64,000 nucleotides of DNA from Heterodontus francisci (GCF_036365525.1 NC_090388.1:61021189-61085188), one strand, 5' to 3'; counted from the stretch's first letter, positions 13,001-27,178 are shown. Notes: a model not told the origin generated them from the letters alone. A program made the numbers and translations.

Positions 13001-13661
13001 TGTTATGATAGGCGAGGGTCGAAAGGCTCTCCTCTTGTCCCTCACCTTGTTTGACCGCAATACTGTTTATTTCTTTTACAAAGTTGATATGCTTACCAAT
13101 TGAGCGTGTGTTTAACCACATGTGGCATGATCATAAAAGAACCAATTGAACAGGTTTGAGTGTAAACGAGNNNNNNNNNNNNNNNNNNNNNNNNNNNNNN
13201 NNNNNNNNNNNNNNNNNNNNNNNNNNNNNNNNNNNNNNNNNNNNNNNNNNNNNNNNNNNNNNNNNNNNNNNNNNNNNNNNNNNNNNNNNNNNNNNNNNNN
13301 NNNNNNNNNNNNNNNNNNNNNNNNNNNNNNNNNNNNNNNNNNNNNNNNNNNNNNNNNNNNNNNNNNNNNNNNNNNNNNNNNNNNNNNNAGAGCAAGATTG
13401 CCTTATGTCTTGTTAATGAGTACAGGATAGGTAGTCCATTCAAAATTCCCAGGCCATTGTTCTGGATGGAGACTGACCAGACCTACGTCTCCACCTTGAT
13501 ACATTGAAATGCAGGGTATTTTGATGCAAATTGCAGTGGCCATTTTAGCTGCTAGCAGTCACCTTTTATATGTCTTTTCCCCTGATTTCTAAAGTTTAAT
13601 TCAGGTTTCCAATTGAAAGATTAAAATAAAAAATTATTTGGCATAGCGTGCATTCATGACA
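13001..13661. mobile_element. Probable solo LTR (Gypsy type), interrupted by the assembly gap
   Basis: Termini tgttatga ... tcatgaca resemble the LTR ends at 47454 and 48370. Flanks tctg / actg form a near 4-bp TSD. Confidence 0.6.
13171..13388. other. Assembly gap (218 N)
   Basis: Run of n. Confidence 1.
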
Positions 13662-14217
13662 ACTGAAATACAAAATTGATTTTTCTTTTGGAGCGGAAAT
13701 CTAATGTCCAGGATCTTTCGTTCAGACCAACTTCTGACTGGCATTCCAATGTTTGTACTACTAAATTTGGCTCTCTTATCCTACTCAGAGGCTGAAGAAA
13801 AATAGCGTGTATGATTCTGTTGAAATAATTGGGGGGTGGGGGGGGGGAGCGGGCAGATTTTCTTTTGTGTAAAAGACAGAAGCCAGTGCACTCACTCCAC
13901 TCATCCAGAATTTCAACTAAACAAGCACCAGTATAAAAACATGTTTTAATGTCATTGTCACAAGAAGGAGAATCAAACCAATAATCCGCGTTTGTGTAAC
14001 CCCTAATCATTAATGTGAATACAGCTCAAATACATAATGAACAGAAATATTCCTGCATTGAACTATCACCAGCACTGGGAAGTTATCAAATATGTGCCCA
14101 GAACAAAAAACAAAAGTCAGAGAACTGGACATCCCAGCCATTATTTCTTTATCTTCCTGTATTATAAGTGAATGCTTTGGTGACTTCAGTGACACAGATG
14201 GCCAGGTGGACACCTAC

Positions 14218-14295
14218 CCAGATTATATAGTTTCTGGATTTCCTTTATGACCTGGATGTTGGCTGATCGTCTGAACAAACCTTCAGTTTGAAGTG
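14218..14295 (-). CDS. ARHGAP8: ARHGAP8 exon (78 nt), arginine-finger region: LQTEGLFRRSANIQVIKEIQKLYNL(G)
   Basis: CAG acceptor, G|GTAGGT donor; EGLFRRSA catalytic motif intact. Confidence 0.95.
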
Positions 14296-15994
14296 CTGTA
14301 AACAAAATATTGAAATTTTCAGCAAGTTGTTCTCTTAATTTCAACATTGTTACTCTCTAATGTGTTAAATGCAATTCAAGAAAAAGACATGGTGGCATTT
14401 GAGATCTTCCCGGCCAAGAGCTGATCACGATAGCACAACCAAAATTTTCCATTCATTCATGTTAATAAAAAATTCCAATGTTCTTTCAAATAGAGAATGA
14501 TGGATGCTGGAGAGGGATTACAAAGCATAAGTATCAACCATGACAACAGTGACATCAGCACTGCAAATGTGAGTGACATCCAGGAACAGCACCATCAGTA
14601 ACCATGCACCAGCTTTGTGTCCACAATCCACTGCCGCATTTCTGGTTCAGTTACACCATTACGGGAAACAGCTGAACAAAAGTGAATTACTTCTCCACAG
14701 TAATGTGAAGTGAGGAATGAGGAGAGAAAGGTATGGAGAGAGAAAAAGAGTAAAAGGTCATCTTTGGTCCTTTTTTAAAAATACCTGTAAGCAACTCATT
14801 TTAGAGTAATATTGAAGGATGATGCCTGGAAGTGTGTTGCCCACTCACGCCCCTCAAGTTGTAGGTGCATAACGCTGAAGAATGCATGGAGTGGAGGGGG
14901 TGATGGCGGTGGGAAAGATCAATCAGTAAGGACAGGTTAATGATCAACAGCAAGATCCAAATTAACCTCAAGAAGCTGTCAATATGTAGACGTGTGCTCC
15001 ATGTAAGGAAACCATATGAAGACAGAATGGGTTCAGAATTGTGTTACGCGAAGTGCAGGGAAGAAATCTATTCCTGATATCAGAGAACATAGTTTAGAGA
15101 GTGTAACTTTCAACTGTTTTTTTTTTTCTCCAAGGATGACATTAACAACTTTCTTGTCCCTGTAAACCTTATCCAAGTCCTACTTGCATCATCGGACCCC
15201 AATTTACGTGCAGTAATGAGGCTCCCACGGATTTCAAGTGGACTCCAGCCCACCTAGCAGAAGGCTCCAGGTAATATGGTGGTGGGCAGGATCTCAGCAA
15301 ATATTTTAGCAAGAAGGAAAGACAGAGAGAGAGATAAGAAATTTCACAGATTCAAGGTGCTAGAAAAAAAATGAGTTACAGCAGAAGACCAGGCAGCAAT
15401 ATATTGATGATACATAGAGGAACAGGAGCATGTAAAATGCCAAACTTGAAGTTTAGAAAGGATAAGCATGCAAAGTTCAGAGGAACAATAACCAAAATAG
15501 TGTTAATAAAATATAGAGACTAGAAAGGCTGGTGGCTAGACAAGAGCAGGACACCTATCAGATTAATGCATTTCCGTCTGCATCCTATCCAGGAGTGTTA
15601 GGAACATGGTAAAAGTGTCACCCCACATGTGGGACAGAATATAATAATGGGTTTTGAGTTTCATTGAGAAGTAATAAAGAGGAAATGAAATGATAGGATT
15701 GAAAAATGAAACCAAGCTTCTTGGGGGACTACAGCAATGGAGAGAGATGTATAATTTCCTTCTGAGGCTAGAGGAGATAGTAAGACCAAGAAGTTGATGA
15801 ATAAAGAACAAAAGATGGAGCCAAAAGCAAGAGGTACCAGCTGGTCAGACTTACAAAGATAGTAAGTAATTAAAGTAGATTTTTTTCCCAAACTCATATC
15901 CATAGTGGGTGGGGCTACAATTGCTGAAAGATAAATCACATTAGGAGGCAACACTCTTAACATCCTTAACACAGAGAAATGACATGAAACATAC

Positions 15995-16068
15995 CTTTCT
16001 GCTTCAGGAACAGTACAGTTTGCCTCATTACCAGGGGAATAAGATCTCCATTTCCTTTGTCTCGGAGA
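15995..16068 (-). CDS. ARHGAP8: ARHGAP8 exon (74 nt): LRDKGNGDLIPLVMRQTVLFLKQK(A)
   Basis: TAG acceptor, G|GTATGT donor; start of RhoGAP domain. Confidence 0.92.
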
Positions 16069-16189
16069 CTAATATTTTAAAAAAGTAATGAATATGGTCA
16101 CATCTGTACAGTTTAGTTGCATAGAAATCACTTTTATTAAAATTTCTTGAAATTAAAAAAGCTTACTTTGTGAAAAGCCCCATATACAA

Positions 16190-17380
16190 GAACTTGGATT
16201 CTTATAGCATCTTAAATGTAGTAAAACATCCCAAGGCACCTCACAGGAGTGTAATCAGACAAAAACCGACACTGAGCCAGCTAAGTTGACATTAGGTGAC
16301 CAAAAACTTGATCAAAGGAGGTAGGTTTTCAGAAGCATCTTAAAAAAGGTGAGCACGCTGGAGAGGTTTGGGAGGGAGAGTTGTTTTTATCCATTCATGG
16401 GATCTGGCATTGCTGACAAGGGCAGCATTTATTGCCCATTCCTATTTGCCCTGGAGAGGTGGCAGTGAGTTGCCTTCTTGACCTGCTGCAATGAAGAAAC
16501 AGTTAGATAGGGAGTAATGAGCTGGGTACCTAGGAACTAATGGTGGGGCAAAATAAGTGGGGAATGCACAAGAAGTCAGAAGTGGAGGATGAACAGATTA
16601 CAAATGGTTACATAGAGGGAGAGGAAAGGCTTGGGAGAGATTTAAACATCATCTTGAGAATTTTATAATCCAAGCTTCGCTGTTCTAGGCACCAATGTAC
16701 ATCACTGAGCCCAGGGATGATGAGAGAATGGGACTTGGTGCGATTTAGGATATGGGCAGCAGAGTTTTGAATGACCTTAGGTTTATGGAGGGTGGAAAAT
16801 GGCAGGCCAGCTAGGAAAGCATGGAAATAGTATGTAGGTAACTAACGCCTGGACACGATGGGGTTGGGGAGGGGGGGGGGGGGGGGCTGAAAACGCTGCG
16901 GTGGTGGGGTAGGGAACAGGCAATTCGATGGAGATGGAAGAAAGCAGTCATGGAGGTGGACAGGAGGCCAGAAATTCAGCACAATGCCAAATAGTCTGGT
17001 TCACCCTTAGACAGCCAGTGAGGGGGATGGAATCAGTAGTTAGGGAATGGAGTTTGTGGCAGGGTCTGGAGACAATGGTTTTGGTTTTCCCACTGTTTAC
17101 TGGAGGAAATTTTGGCTCATCCAAGGCTGGATGTCGAACAAGCAGTTTGGCAATAGAGGCAGCTGAGGGATCAAGAGAGGTGATGGTGAGATATACACTG
17201 AGGACACTCAGCTCTATGTGGAACCTGACTGTGTCTTCAGACATTGTTGCCAAGGGCAGCATAAAGATGAGAAATAGGGAGGTGGCCAAAGATAGTCCTT
17301 TGGGTAACTCCAGGAGGTAAAAGGCACAGGAGTAGGAAGAGAAGCCATAAGTGGAGATACTCTGGCTCCAATTAGATATG
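16190..17380 (-). mobile_element. Decayed L2-clade LINE 3' fragment; boundaries approximate
   Basis: Minus ORF SLFLIFMLPL...VRFH...YLTITSLDPS...GKTKTIV resembles L2 RT; an L2-like tail lies near 16200. Confidence 0.55.
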
Positions 17381-18207
17381 CACTTCCTTAAAGTGCAACA
17401 TACAAATTGGTTTGGGCTTTTGTTTTATATTTCACTATTTGTAACTACCCCAATAACGGATCAGTTATAACAGATCCCTAAAGAACTCAGAGCTTTAAAA
17501 TTCATACATCATCCACACACTGAATTCCAGAAAATCTTCCTGTCCATTAAGACTCATTACACTGCTTTGAATGTACCATGAGAATGCTGAGAAATGAAAC
17601 ATCTTCATAGAATAAGACTGTAAGGCAATCTTTTGTTGAAGGGGCCCTAAACTGGATACAATCGAAGAAGATGTGCACCATTGATAAGCTCTCCAGGGTC
17701 AGGAATAACAAACCACCACCATATTGGTCACACAGCCATTTCACTATTTTCAAGGGTTGGGTGGGGGGAGGGTGATGGCAGTGCATTGTGATTAGGATTG
17801 CAGAACATGGCAAGGCAAATATTTTTTGTGCATTAGTAACAAACTTTTATTATGTAACCCTTCCAGAAGATAAACATCATGTTGCACACAAACCCTTTTG
17901 ACTGCTGCAATGACAAAAAACTGAACAAAAAGTTACCAAATAATTCAAGGATCAATCCCAGATCTGTGCTGAAGTCGTGGATAAAGATACTACAATTCAC
18001 CCAGGCACCCTTGCACTATACAGTCAGGATTCCCACTGCTCTTGGCTATCCAATGAACACTGCTCTGTTTCAGATGTGGACATGATCAAGAGGCACTGTG
18101 ACTCCACAAACAATTGAATAGTGTATCAACAGGGTCACAAATGAAGAATGTCCTCGGGCGAGGTGCCAGAAGGCTACAGCAGTCAGAACTATAGCTTGGA
18201 AGAGTTA

Positions 18208-18804
18208 GGACTCGACATTAATCCCCCATGATGGGTGGAAGAGCGTTGAGGGGGTGGTCAAGATCTGAAATGCACTTAACACAACCCCAACATGGCATGC
18301 CCTTGCTATCACTTTTATGGTGGTGGATAACGATGAGTCCGAGAATCTCACTGTGCAGAATGCTTAATGACGCATTCAAACTGGGTTCCTAAAGTGCAAC
18401 TGTGAACCCAATTTAGAATTAACTGCTGAAAAACGGGTGTCCCGGAAGCCAAGAAACTCAGTGAAATGGAGGTGAGAACTACCAGTTCCCCAAGCTAAGT
18501 GGCTCTTTTAATATTCCATGTGGGACAAGAAGAGCAGGTGTGCTCCCCTAGGGCCGTCAAAGAAGCGTTCGGCCTTACCCCAGCTGTTATCGCCAGTCTT
18601 CTCCTCCAAGCCTCCCCAATTGCAAACCTCCTCCCCCTAGCTGTCCTGATCATGGACCTCCTAGCCCCTAACCATGCTATTCATCTGACTAGAAGCGGAC
18701 TAGCAGGCAGACCTACAAGATGCAAATGGGGCTCTGCCATCCTTGTTGGATTCTTCAGACGATTTCAGCCTCAACATCACCACCTCCCCATAAATATCAG
18801 GGCC
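18208..18804. mobile_element. Harbinger-type MITE
   Basis: Imperfect TIRs ggactcgacattaat / ataaatatcagggcc, flanked by TTA on both sides. Confidence 0.55.
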
Positions 18805-19037
18805 TTAGTGTCAGAGAGGCAAAAGGGCAGAAGAGTGCTCATATTTGTTAATTTAACTTGAGGGTCTTACGATAATATTCCTTTGAGCATTGCCAGTGAG
18901 CTTCCTAGCTGAGCAATCAACCTAGCAATGTATCCAAGTTATTTGTTGTTTGGATTAATTTTTTTTTTTGAATAAGCTATTATAAGATTGTAAAATTAAT
19001 CACAATAAAAGTAGGAATGAAACAGATGAAGACTCAC

Positions 19038-19148
19038 TATTGGAGACTGACTCCAAATTGTTGCTGGGGAAGTGGAGGTCGGGGTGGGGGAGTCCTTGCT
19101 GGTCGAGGTGATCCTCCCTTTTGGGAAGCTCTCAGCTTTTCATCATAC
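19038..19148 (-). CDS. ARHGAP8: ARHGAP8 exon (111 nt), proline-rich linker: [36 protein letters not shown](Y)
   Basis: CAG acceptor, TA|GTGAGT donor; PPPRPPLP and QFGVSL motifs. Confidence 0.95.
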
Positions 19149-19859
19149 CTGACAGAAAGATACAGATATGATTAACATATTAGGCTTTTGTAATTACCCC
19201 ACCACAATCTCCCCTTCAAGTTCCCATTGTTACACTTTCTTAAAAGGAGGATGGGCAGCAAATTTCACAGAGTGCTGCTCTATATACTCAGCCACCAGGA
19301 ACTGCACCTCCATAAAAGGAGCATACTGCTCCAGTGGCCATTCTTCTTCTACGGAGATGGTCAGCTCCAACTCCATTATCGTGAAAACAATACATCTGTA
19401 GAATTAAAATGACAAAACTGTTCCAATGAACACTGCCAAATTCAAATGTAAAATCAGCATTGTGATTTAAAAGCAGTATCACTTATCTCAAGGTTACAAA
19501 CATGCCCAAACAATACTTCAGGTATAGAATTTAAATGTTTTTTTCAAATAAACTCTTTTCTCAAATAATGAACATATGAATTATTTTAAAGTTGACATTC
19601 CAGTGAATTGCCATGCAATATAATATACAAATGTAACAAATAGGCTAGAAGCACAGGCCTGCACCATAGAAACATTATAATGAACAGTGGTTATATTTAA
19701 TATAGAAAATGACTTCTCTGTTACATGCTGAGGAAAAAGTAACAGCACTACAGTATGAACCTTGTGATCTGATGAAAGGAGTTCACTCTCTGCTTGAAAC
19801 AGATTTCCATTACAATTTAGTTTAAGTTTAAAAAAGTGGTTAAAAGTTGTTAGAATCAT

Positions 19860-21630
19860 ATAAATAACAAAATCATGAATGTGCCATTGCTAGCTCTTCA
19901 ACTGCAGCTATTTACTCTAATTCTATTTCTCTGCCCTTTTCCTGTATTTGTTTATATTCTCTCATCAAATATGTATCTATCTCCATTTTAAATGATGTTA
20001 TAATCTCGGTCTGAATTTATGGTAAAGTATTTCAGGTTTGAATAACCCCGTGGTGGAAGGCAGTGGCGGAGGGTGGTGGAATATTCTTCTGATTTCCTCC
20101 AGCATTCTTCTAGTGATAGACTAGATTCAAGACTATCTTGCAGTGTCTGACCAACCAATAAAAACAACTATTTGCTACTTTTTCCACTCTAAATATTTCA
20201 TGATTTTGAAAACCTCTATTAGACCACCCCTTGCCTTCCATACTCCAATGAAAAAACCCTAAATTTTTCAAATCTTTCCTCAGAACTACAATTGCTCCTC
20301 CTGCTACCACCTCAGCAAATTTTGTTGTGTCGCTTCCACAGCTCTAATAACATTCCTATTGGGTGTCTAGAACTAGACCCAATGCTCCAAATCTAGTCTG
20401 TCCAACGTCTTGTACAAATTCAACATCACTTTCTTGTTCTTGTATTTGAGATCCTTTTGTATAGACCTTAAAGTCTAATTTACCTTTTTATTGACCCAGA
20501 TTTTGTGGTCAGCAGTGAAGTGATGGCACTCGCTGCTGACATCAAAGATCTAGTGATCTCCATAATGTAGATTTCTCCTGTCCCGATGAGTGTTTGATTC
20601 TGGTGCCAACTATAGGGAATCTCCAGCATACAGCAACAGTGATGTCATCAAACAGGCTAAGCAGCTAATCACATTGAGGAATTCTCACAGACAGCAAACC
20701 AGGAAGTAAAAATCATTGATCCTTCACTTTTTAATCAATTTATAGGCAGCAAAATGAAGATTGGGACCATAGACAGGGATTAAAGCAGAAGCTGAAATAC
20801 CAAACAAATTTTAAGATTAAATATAAGTTATGATCATGGAGATTTGATATTCCACAAATATAAAATTAGTTTTTCAGGGCCAGAGACGTTGTTCATCAGT
20901 AATTATGAACATAGTACACCATTAAAAATCCAGTTAAACTTCAACAAGGTGTAACAACTTCCCCCCCAAGGGTTTTTACAGTGAGACTAGAAGCGTAAAA
21001 GTGGAAGTTCATGTCAATTCAAGTGATTTCAAATGATTTCCATCTACAGGGACTTGAACAGTGCACCCTGTAGAGGAACAGGGAATCACTGACAGTAACC
21101 TCTCGATTTCCGCATTGAACTATGCTCGTCCAGACGCCAGACGTTCCTGTAATTTTCACAGTTGTACTGGTGGCAAATGCTGACAATTTCACTGTCATTA
21201 CAACCACAAAATCTGGGCCAATACCTTTTCTACATACACACCCACCTTGAAAGATCTATGTATCTGCATCTTTGAACCTTTGATCCTGCACTCTTATAAA
21301 TCATATAATTTATTTTCTCTCAAAATGTATTAATTCACATCTTTCTGCATTGAACTGCAAATACCACCTATCTACCTATTTTGTTAACCTGTCAATACCC
21401 TACTGTAATGTTCCAGAGTCTGCATAGCCCCGAGTTTAGTACTAGCACCTTTTTGGATCATCACTCTGGTGCCCAAAATTGTATAAAAAGAATAGGTTCC
21501 AGCACAGATCCCTGGAACACAGACGACACAAATCTCACCAACCTGAAACATAACCCTTTACCCCTATTCTTCTTTCTGTTCCTGACTACCTTTCTATCAA
21601 GCATATTGCCTCTAATGCCAAAGAGCAGAA
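19860..21630 (-). mobile_element. Old CR1 LINE 3' fragment split by the 20493-21219 MITE
   Basis: Minus-strand relic FQGSVLEPILF; decayed CR1 C-terminus and 3'UTR at 19900-20450. Confidence 0.55.
20493..21219. mobile_element. MITE with 17-bp TIRs (Harbinger-type)
   Basis: gacccagattttgtggt ... accacaaaatctgggcc, one mismatch. Confidence 0.75.
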
Positions 21631-21654
21631 TTTCCTCCTTCCCTTCAAAATAGT

Positions 21655-21910
21655 TCCATGGCCTAAGCCCTCCCTGGTTCCAATCTCCTCCAGCCCTACT
21701 ACGCTCCAAGATATCTGTGCTCCTCCAATTCTGGACTCTTGAGCATTCCCAATTTTTACTGCTCCACCATTGGTGGCTGGGCCTTCGTCTGCCTGGGTCC
21801 AAAGCTCTGGAATTTCTTGCTGAAACCTCTTCACCATGGCGGGAAAGAGAGAGAGAGAGAAAGAAAGAGAAAAAGAGAAAGAGAGAAGAGAGAGAAAAAA
21901 AAGAAGAAAA
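21655..21910 (+). repeat. L2-like 3' fragment followed by a GA-rich simple repeat
   Basis: ccatggcctaagccctccc...ctctggaatttc L2-type sequence, then (ga)n and (gaaa)n at ~21845-21910. Confidence 0.5.
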
Positions 21911-22804
21911 AATTTTAAAAAACAGGAGAAACAAAATCATCCACCATTACTTTGAACAGATCATTCCTTAATGGTGATGGAGGTCAATGAACTGGCAGAA
22001 CAGCTCCCCACCACATTTCATGCTTCCCCTTGACCCCAAAACAGACAGGAAAAAATGCAATGTACTTACGTCCAGAAGTCAAAGTCAGCAGGCAGATTTT
22101 TGACAACCACATACAATTTTTATGCATTGCAAAAAAAAAACTCTTGCCTTGCTTCCAGTTCACAATTTAATTCACTTTGACAGATTCCAAAACTCATGCA
22201 AACCCAAGCAACTTAAAAACTTTTGTGAAAGCAAAAGCATAATCCTACAATCATACTAACAATACTTCAAACTGTACACATGGTAGCCTCTATAGTCATC
22301 TCTAAAACACTCCAAATTTATACACAAATATTTCAACACTAGTTTCAATGTGAGCAGTGATCAGATGTCCTTCATGTGCTGTCATTAATGACAGCACTAC
22401 AATGGATATCAACTTAAAGATCAAGCTTCCATCATTCCAAAATCTAATACCATTGAGAACAAACACCTTTTCTATTTGTGCATAAAGCACTTTATTGTAT
22501 TTTTCTTTTCTTCCTAAAAGGTCCAGTAAAAGTTGCAATAAAGTCAGTCCAAGGCCAGCAGATAGATTTTATTGGCTCATGTCATATCTCATAACAGAAT
22601 TTATCACTTTATTAAAAGTGTTTCCACACGCTATGAAATGTTTACAGTTATTCCACTCAGCGTTACTACGTCGTATATGGCTTTAACAGTCTCAAGGAAG
22701 TGCACATCGGAAGCAAGAGATCTTGAGGAACAAAGTTAAATCAAACTATTGTATTTAGTGGCTTTACAATAGCTTGGGCATCTACAAGAGGGACAGCAGA
22801 TGTC

Positions 22805-23820
22805 ATAAAATCATACAACACAGAAGGTAGTCACTCAGCTTATTATCCCTGCTCTTCGAAAGTGCTATCCAATTAGTTCCATTCCACTGCTCTTTCTCTG
22901 TAGCCTTGCAATTTATTCCTTTACAAGTATATATCAAATTCCATTTTGAGAAGTTATTAAATCTGCTTCTACCACCCTCGCATTAAAGCCTGGCTACCCG
23001 ACCCGAACCCGACTAGACCTGACTACATGTGACGGGTTCTGGTCGGGTCAGGTCTATATTCCTAGTCCAACATTCGGGCTCGGGTCGGGTCAGGCCAGGC
23101 TGGACAGGGCTGCCTCCGGGAACTCAAGGGATAAGGCTCACTCATGATTCCCCACAACTCCATCTGCAGTAATAGCCTGCTACTGAAACAGATGAACAGG
23201 ATCACAAGTATTACCATTTGGACAAGGTAGAGCATAATACCATGTTTGATAAATTAAATTTATTGCGATATTCGGGTTGGGTCCGGCACGAAAATAAATT
23301 AGAGGACGCGGGCCCGGGTCAGGTTCGGGCTGGCTGTGGTTAGGTTGCGCCCGGGTCGGGTTTCAATTTTATATCAGAGCAGGCCTTAACCTCGCATGCG
23401 GTGCATTCCAGATCCATCATAACCAGTTACATAAAAAATCATCATCCTAGCACTGGCTCTTCTGCCATATAGCTTAAATGTGTGTCCTCTGGTTACCAAC
23501 TCTCCTGCCATGGAAAAACAGTTTTTCTATCTAAACCTCTCAATTTTAAACACCTCTACTAAGTCTCCCCTTAACTTTCCTTGCTTTAAAGAAAACAATC
23601 ACAGCTTCTCCAGTCTTTCCTTAGAAATCAAGTCCCTCAACCCGGTACTATTCTAGTAAATCTCCTCTGTACCCTCTCCAAGGCTGTGACATCCTTCCTA
23701 AAGTGTGGTACCCAGAATATTCCAACAAAGGCCTAACCAGTAATTTATAAATATTTAGCATGCCTTTCTTGCTTTTGTACTCTATGCCTCCATTTATAAA
23801 GCCAAAGATTGTATATACTT
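22805..23820 (-). mobile_element. Old CR1 3' fragment hosting an hAT-type MITE
   Basis: Decayed reverse complement of CR1 C-terminal sequence (gtaaatctcctctgtaccctctccaagg). Confidence 0.65.
22984..23389. mobile_element. hAT-type MITE with subterminal acccga/tcgggt repeats
   Basis: TIRs taaagcctg / caggccttaa; 8-bp TSD cctcgcat at 22976-22983 and 23390-23397. Confidence 0.8.
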
Positions 23821-24732
23821 AAAAAAAAAACACACTACATTTTTATTTAATAAAAATTAAGTGTTACCATATAAAAGATTTATATATTTTACATATTCAG
23901 AAATATTAGAAATTATGAAGGGAGGGAATTGAAATAGTGAACTCACCTATTTGTTACAATTTCTCTACACAAAGTCATGTGAATGTGCTACTTTGATTTG
24001 TTATGCCTTTGGAAGCGCTAGATGCTTGTTAACTTAGGTTCCGTGTCAGTGATAATGGGATTAACATTCAGCAGGGATATAAAACCAGCAGTAGCACATT
24101 GAAAGCAGGCTATATTATGGGTGGCCAATGCACAAGTTGCCTGATCTTCCTTTCCATTGAGCAACTGACCTGATATCACCGCTTCTAAGACCTCGTTGAA
24201 TTTCAAATTTCCACCCAACACCTTTATTTTCTACTTTAAAATTGGGAAAAACACAATTGACCACGCACAGTATGGTCCATGTATATCAGACACTTTTCTA
24301 TAGAATTTTTTTTCTGTACCTAGTTTCTGTCCTATTTTTCCCTCCCCCAGAGGTGCCAACTTACCTTGCAGTATGACTCCAAGTGTTGCCAGCCACCCAC
24401 CAGCAGGTAAGAGGATCTTCATGTACCAGCCTAGACAGCAAGGTTTCATCAGTCGATTCAACTGTGGAGGATGCCACAGTTGAGTTTCATCCAGAGTTCT
24501 GCACTTTGCAGTGGGCGTTACTGTTAAGTACCGGGAATAAGAACCTGGCTAATGTTTTCCCTTCTCTGGCTCAGAGCAGCCAAGGCCATTTCCAGTGCCA
24601 CACTGTTGGACCAAATGTGATCATCTAACTCAGCACAGACAAACAATATAGAAGTTGAAGCCTTCCTGAGTCATTTCTGCTGGCACTGGTAATTGATATT
24701 TATAGTCAGTTCCACACGAAGCACTGCACAAG

Positions 24733-25330
24733 GAACATAGGAGCAGGAGTAGACCATTCAGCCCATCATGCCTGCTCCTCCATTCAATACGATCACAGCT
24801 GATCATCCACTTCAATGCCTTTTTCCCCCCACACTATCCCCTCATTCCTTTATGTCATTGGTATTTAGAAATCTGTCAATCTCTGCTTTAAACATGCTCA
24901 ATAACTGAGCTTCCACAGCCCTCAGGAGTAGAGAATTCCAAAGATTCACAACCTTCTGAGTAAAGAAATTTCTTCTCATTTCTCTCCTAAGTGACTTCCC
25001 CCTTATTTTGAAATTGTGTCCCCTGGTTCTAGACTCCCCAACCAAGGGAAACATCTTAGCTGCATCTACCCTGCCTATCCCTTGAAATATTTTGTAGATT
25101 TCAATCAGGTCACCTTTCATTCTTCGAAACTCTAGCGAATACAGGCCCAGTTCCCCAGTCTATCTTCATAGGACAATCCTGCCATCCCAGGAACATGTCT
25201 GATGAACCTTCATTCCACTCCCCCTATGGCAATAATATCCTTCCTAAAGTAAGGGGACCAAAACTGCACACAGTACTCCAGGTGCAGTCTAACCAAGTTT
25301 CTGTACAATTGAAGCAAAACTCCACTATCA
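24733..25330 (-). mobile_element. CR1 LINE 3' fragment
   Basis: ORF 24842-25120: GDLIEIYKI...TRGHNFKI...FFTQKVVNLWNSL. Confidence 0.88.
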
Positions 25331-25946
25331 TATTCTGTTTTAAAATTAAGAGCTTAAGATTCTGCTGTTACATCACTGAATTACAATGAGTAGCAGGAAA
25401 AATAAAAATGTTATATCTCAGAGGGCTTGAAGTTTAGAGCACTTGAAAGGGAATGCAAAAACAGTGAAGTGATAAGCCATAGTAATTTAATAAAAATGGA
25501 GGAATTAGTTTACCATTGGAGAGCTGTAAAAAGATGAAAGATAATAAATTATATAGCTTTTTTCTTCTGAATTTCAGTTCAACAATTTCATTATGTACAA
25601 ATTTATATACTAGTGAGTCAGTTGCTCCAGTGGGAGAACAGGTTGGGAATCTCAGCAGCCTTAAGTGAGAGTTTTACCCATTCTCAGTTGGACACTGGAT
25701 CAAATGCCCCCAGCAATAGGATATTTCAATTTCAGGCAACAGGTGACAAAAGCAAGAGAGGAAAGCCCGAGATTAAATCCTCCTTCCTCATACAGTGTCT
25801 CTTGTTAGCCTATCATGCAATAACAATGACAGAACTACAGTTCATGCGTTTTAATAATATAGGAGATGTAAAGGGAAAAAAAAGACACCTACATACATTT
25901 CTATACAAAAACAATCTGTGCATTTGAACATAATCACGATACATAC

Positions 25947-26045
25947 CTGATTACTTCTGAAGGGATGATGAGCTGATCATGGTTCAGATGTTCTCTTAGT
26001 TCACTTAAGTAATTTACATATATGACCTTCTTTCCAAATTTATGA
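25947..26045 (-). CDS. ARHGAP8: ARHGAP8 exon (99 nt): [32 protein letters not shown](R)
   Basis: TAG acceptor, AG|GTATGT donor; end of BCH domain. Confidence 0.95.
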
Positions 26046-26463
26046 CTAAAAGAAAATTGGACAATGGATTAGAAAATTTTAAAAGTGCCCTTTCTGGAAG
26101 ATAAATTTCAAAATCTATACATTGCAAATCAAAATTTTGTACTTATTTCTAATATCAGCTCGAGCAAGAATGCTTTTGTAGATGGGGATCATTTTATTCC
26201 AATAAAAATACTTAGGGAAGGCAATTTTAGAAGTGGGTGCACTGTACATCATGCAGGAGGTTTCTTTGCTAGTGGTGTTTGGAGGCTTAACATTTCCGGA
26301 AATAATTTCTTCTACTTGCAGTATTTCAGTAGAGTTGTTTTACAGATAAAGAAATTGTTTATGGTGTATAAACAGTTTTATTACATGCAAAAACAAAAGC
26401 AATTAAAAACACAAAAGATGCTCCTGATAGCTCTGAGAGTTTATCTAGTGAGTAGCTGAGCAC

Positions 26464-26770
26464 GTAAACCAGCCAACCCTCAACCTCAGCCAGCCATACA
26501 GCCAACCACCAGAAGCCACCCACCAATTCCCACCACCCAGCCACCCATTGGAAGCCAACTAACGACAACCAGCCATCAGCCAAATCACAGCCAACCGAAA
26601 CAGTAGAAGTCAATCACCACATGCCCCTCACTTGCCACCAGCCAAAGATCAGAAGCCACCCATCTACAGCTACCAGCCAGTCAGCCAGCCCTTTCTTCAA
26701 ACCAGCCTGCAGCCCGTTACTAATTCACAGCTACACTCAGTTCTCAGCCAGTCTCCAGCAGCCAAACAAC
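26464..26770. repeat. Degenerate (cagccaac)-like tandem repeat
   Basis: Repeated cagcca / ccacc units. Confidence 0.6.
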
Positions 26771-27178
26771 TGTCCCAGTTTACAATATTGGGCATTGGAC
26801 AGCAAAAAAGAAGCCTGTGGAATTGAGAACAGAATGGGAGAAAGACAGCTAGCAGAAATCAAGATGGTTGGAGGAAACTAGGAGAAATGCCAGAATTGGG
26901 AGTAAGGGTATGGACTGGAGTATGAAAGTAACATGCCAAATCATGGAAGGGGTAGAAAGATAAAAAGGGAGCACTGCCAGAATTGGAAAGGGGGGGGGGG
27001 CGGAAAGGAGACATGAGTTTTCAAAGCCATGAATGGGGTACAGGGGGAAAAAAGAGGAGAATTCAGAAGTAAGGGACAGGAACAAGGTGGGGGAGAAAAA
27101 GAAAAAAAACTCAAAAATGAGAGAACAGAAGTGGGAGTGGGAGAGGCACCTGTACCAGCACACAGTCATCTGACTATT

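Noticed and set aside
13093-13443. ORFs spanning X residues
   Set aside because: Artefact of the N gap.
26464-26770. CRISPR-like or coding repeat array
   Set aside because: Irregular degenerate microsatellite with no fixed repeat-spacer structure, in a vertebrate intron.
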